Shown here one piece after another: positions 61,841 through 64,000 of a stretch of 64,000 nt of DNA (position 1 is the stretch's first letter; every line of letters starts with the position of its first letter). Both the position numbers and the translations under genes were made by a program. The stretch covers positions 17,608,001 to 17,672,000 of the forward strand of contig CM069142.1 in assembly GCA_035221665.1 (NCBI GenBank), written 5' to 3'. The DNA is from Okamejei kenojei (lineage: Eukaryota). Below the pieces are notes generated by a model. That model was not told the origin of the DNA, ran no database searches, and worked only from the letters and a program-made list of their open reading frames with translations.

Positions 61841-64000
61841 TATAGTTTATGTACTGCACTTTTGCATATGTTATTGGGCTGAATTTACAATGTGACCATT
61901 CAAGGAGCACGTAGTTCAATGTTTAGGTCATTGTTTTCCATCATTGTTTAATATGTTAAATTTATCATTTTGATGTCACAGATTTCAGATTATCCTAACT
62001 TTTTCTGGTATAGCAATGCTGGCTGCTTCCCCTAAAACGGCAGGAAGCATTTGGTTGGGGCAGGGGGTGTTCTGATCACAAGAGCACACTATCGTTTGAA
62101 AATAAATTTCATCCCATTGCTTTCCTTCTTCAGAAAGTCAAACATGGAACAACACAATAATTGCTTCCAGGTACTCTCAAGAAATGTTTAAGTCATCAAA
62201 ACTGAAATTATTGTAACTCCAAAAGATATTTTAGCATAAGCGGAGTATATTCAATTTACGTTAGAATTGGCATTTGCTTATCTCATTACTTTGTGTTTAT
62301 TTAAGTTCATAAAGGTTTTAAACACCTTATAAGCTGGAGCAAGGATAAGTTTTGTTTCTCTTCCCCTGGTCACCACGATGGAGGAAATGGTAATGTTGGA
62401 GTATTTGATCATCCTATGTGTATTTTTACATTTGTAACTCTGAGCAGCATTATTCTTCAGCTGTTTAACCACCTGCTTTTATCAGGAGCAGAAAAAAATC
62501 ATCTGTTTTCATCACAGAAAAAAATAATCAGTGATGTTAGAACTGGGGCCCAGATGAGCTTTCATTGTGAGAACTTCAGATATGAGCTGCGACTTAAATG
62601 AGCTACACTGCGATAATTGGTTGAAAATTTAATGTAATGGCTCTTTTGTTGTATGTCCTTATACAAAGATGACTGAAGTGGATTAAAATGGATTTACTAG
62701 ATGTATAATCTCTTGCAAGTGAACCAGAGAAATCTTTCTCAATTAAAAATAATTGTTTGAAAATTCTTCCACTTCAATGGATGTTATCCAAAGATCGCAT
62801 GTTAAGAATGTGCAAAGCTCTAATGGCCTGAATTCGCTTTTGTTTTTTAGTACTGTTGAATACATGGGCAAAAGAATAAACTTCTAAACAAGCAAGTCAT
62901 GTGGAACAATTTAAGAAGTGGATATTTTAGGGCTTTAATAACATTTGGAATGAGTCCATGATTTATTTTTGTGACCAAGATCATCTGAGCCCATCCCATC
63001 TCATATGTCAGATAACTTAATAATGTCTGTTCCGGTGCATTTTGGTAAGCAGATGAAAGATAGCAAATGCCTTTACCTATTAAATGGTGTGGTTGGTCCT
63101 CAATTTGTGTACAGCAATGGTAACCTCTGGATGGGAGAAATGCTTAAAAGTCAGAATCTTGGAAGGGGCACACACGCTGGTCACGTTTTGGAATGCCAGG
63201 ACCGCTGGGGGTTTATAAGCCTTCGGAATTTGCATAATAAAGATTTCAAACCCATTAGAAAGTTGGAGATAAGTATAATGAAGTAGCTTCATTATATGGT
63301 TTATTGGCCGCATTGAAAGTTTATAGGATTTCACAAAGATCTTGCAAGAACATGGGTATGAGGAAAGTTAGCCTAGCTTAGAAAGTGAATTATCCCCGTA
63401 CATTAAGGATAGGCACAGTTGTCACGTTAGTTTCTTTCTTTAGTTTTGCAATAAGGCTGGACGTCTTTTCATCTCCCTAATGTCAAACTTGTGATATCAG
63501 CTTGCCACATTCAACTAGATTAAGCTCTAGGTTTCAAGTCTTTTGAGTAAACATTGAAATTCAAATGTGGGTAATAATATTTTTAATGTTCATTTTTATC
63601 TCTTTTGGAAATTTTGTATGCGTTTGACTGAAATGGCTTTCTCCAACGAATCATGTTAGAGATAACCATGTAATGTTTTAACAAAAATATTTTTTTGTGA
63701 CTGAACGGTTGACAAATCGTAATGTGAGTGAGGCCAATGTTTGCTAACGCTGTCAGCTTGTACAAATACACAAACATTTCCCATGAGATTTTTGATAGAT
63801 TTTATGATCCCTGCAAATGTCAAAGCCTGAAAATACATATTGTTTCCAACAGAGGGCAGTACAGTGTTCACAGTGGAAAATGAAGCATTCTTTTGGAAGT
63901 GTCTGCTTTTTTTTTCCACAGTGTACTCCAATTTACTTTTCATCATTGAAGAATGTCATTACTAATAACTGTCAGAGAAATCCTCCATAACAATTACTTG

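Overview
This is vertebrate genomic DNA, AT-rich and very repeat-dense. The repeat set (HE1/V-SINE-like SINEs, CR1, Rex1/Babar, fish-type L1, Neptune-type Penelope-like elements) suggests a cartilaginous fish, probably a skate or ray; this is inference. I could not identify any intact cellular protein-coding gene. The window looks like 5' or intronic territory of a large + strand gene, with two GC/CpG-rich promoter-like islands (~14.75-15.17 kb and ~51.4-52.5 kb) and a few splice-site-bounded exon candidates. The well-supported elements are: a near-complete L1 ORF2 (minus strand) whose YADD motif is split by a structured non-coding retroposon; a TSD-bounded Neptune-type Penelope element (RT + GIY-YIG); about 18 short Penelope-derived, often fold-back repeats carrying minimal hammerhead-ribozyme-like motifs, including one tandem dimer with intact cores; a CGGBP1-like hAT transposon with a perfect 8-bp TSD; and four related Harbinger-type MITEs with TAA/TTA TSDs. 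There are also several unexplained 36-75 bp direct-repeat pairs spaced 0.4-0.8 kb apart, and one 184-N assembly gap. I saw no CRISPR array, rRNA, true tRNA gene or prokaryotic system. All family assignments come from recognising motifs by eye; no searches were run.
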